Source: Eledone cirrhosa (Eukaryota). Taken from it: DNA of 64,000 nt. The DNA lies in NCBI GenBank assembly GCA_964016885.1, contig OZ024742.1:290160001-290224000 (forward strand), in the 5' to 3' direction. Below are positions 63,945 through 64,000 of the stretch, in pieces (the first letter of the stretch is position 1; each line of letters opens with the position of its first letter). The notes beneath the pieces are model-generated. The model was not told the DNA's origin. It did not search any database and saw nothing but the letters and a program-made list of their open reading frames with translations. The translations under genes were made by a program, and so were the position numbers.

Positions 63945-64000
63945 AACCTTATACCTGGTCCCGACTTCCTTATCCACCAATGCTTCCCACTCTATACTGG

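Overview
Gene-free, repeat-saturated animal DNA. The SINE/LINE tails and microsatellite content resemble an octopod cephalopod genome, which is an inference from recall rather than a search result. The first ~44.5 kb is interrupted (TA)n microsatellite, and the IYIY/MYIY ORFs there are artefacts. Most islands in the TA sea are retro-insertions. They include two families of Penelope-like elements (PLE: RT, CxCx5C linker, C-terminal GIY-YIG; Hydra-clade-like), one almost intact at 30867-34845. They also include two near-identical CR1-group LINE copies, an SHPRH-mRNA/LINE chimeric retrocopy, and about ten unrelated non-coding islands of 0.4-3 kb. By-eye reading finds a type-I hammerhead ribozyme (HHR) motif in both PLE families and in each of these non-coding islands: 12 HHR families in about 22 copies, mostly with a family-specific palindromic stem/loop III. 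The islands occur as solo units, tandem dimers, or fold-backs with one long and one short arm. In one family, two independent insertions share both end points. The best candidate for an undescribed system is therefore a (TA)n-targeted PLE plus a set of non-autonomous, retrozyme-like HHR RNAs that integrate as hairpins. The last ~20 kb holds older TE debris (RTE and R4/Dong LINEs, and Helitron-like elements including a palindromic CTAG|TC circle-junction dimer) and a full-length but mutated Ty3/gypsy element (58110-63944, AACC TSD, tRNA-Trp PBS). All structures were read manually; no folding or database search was run.
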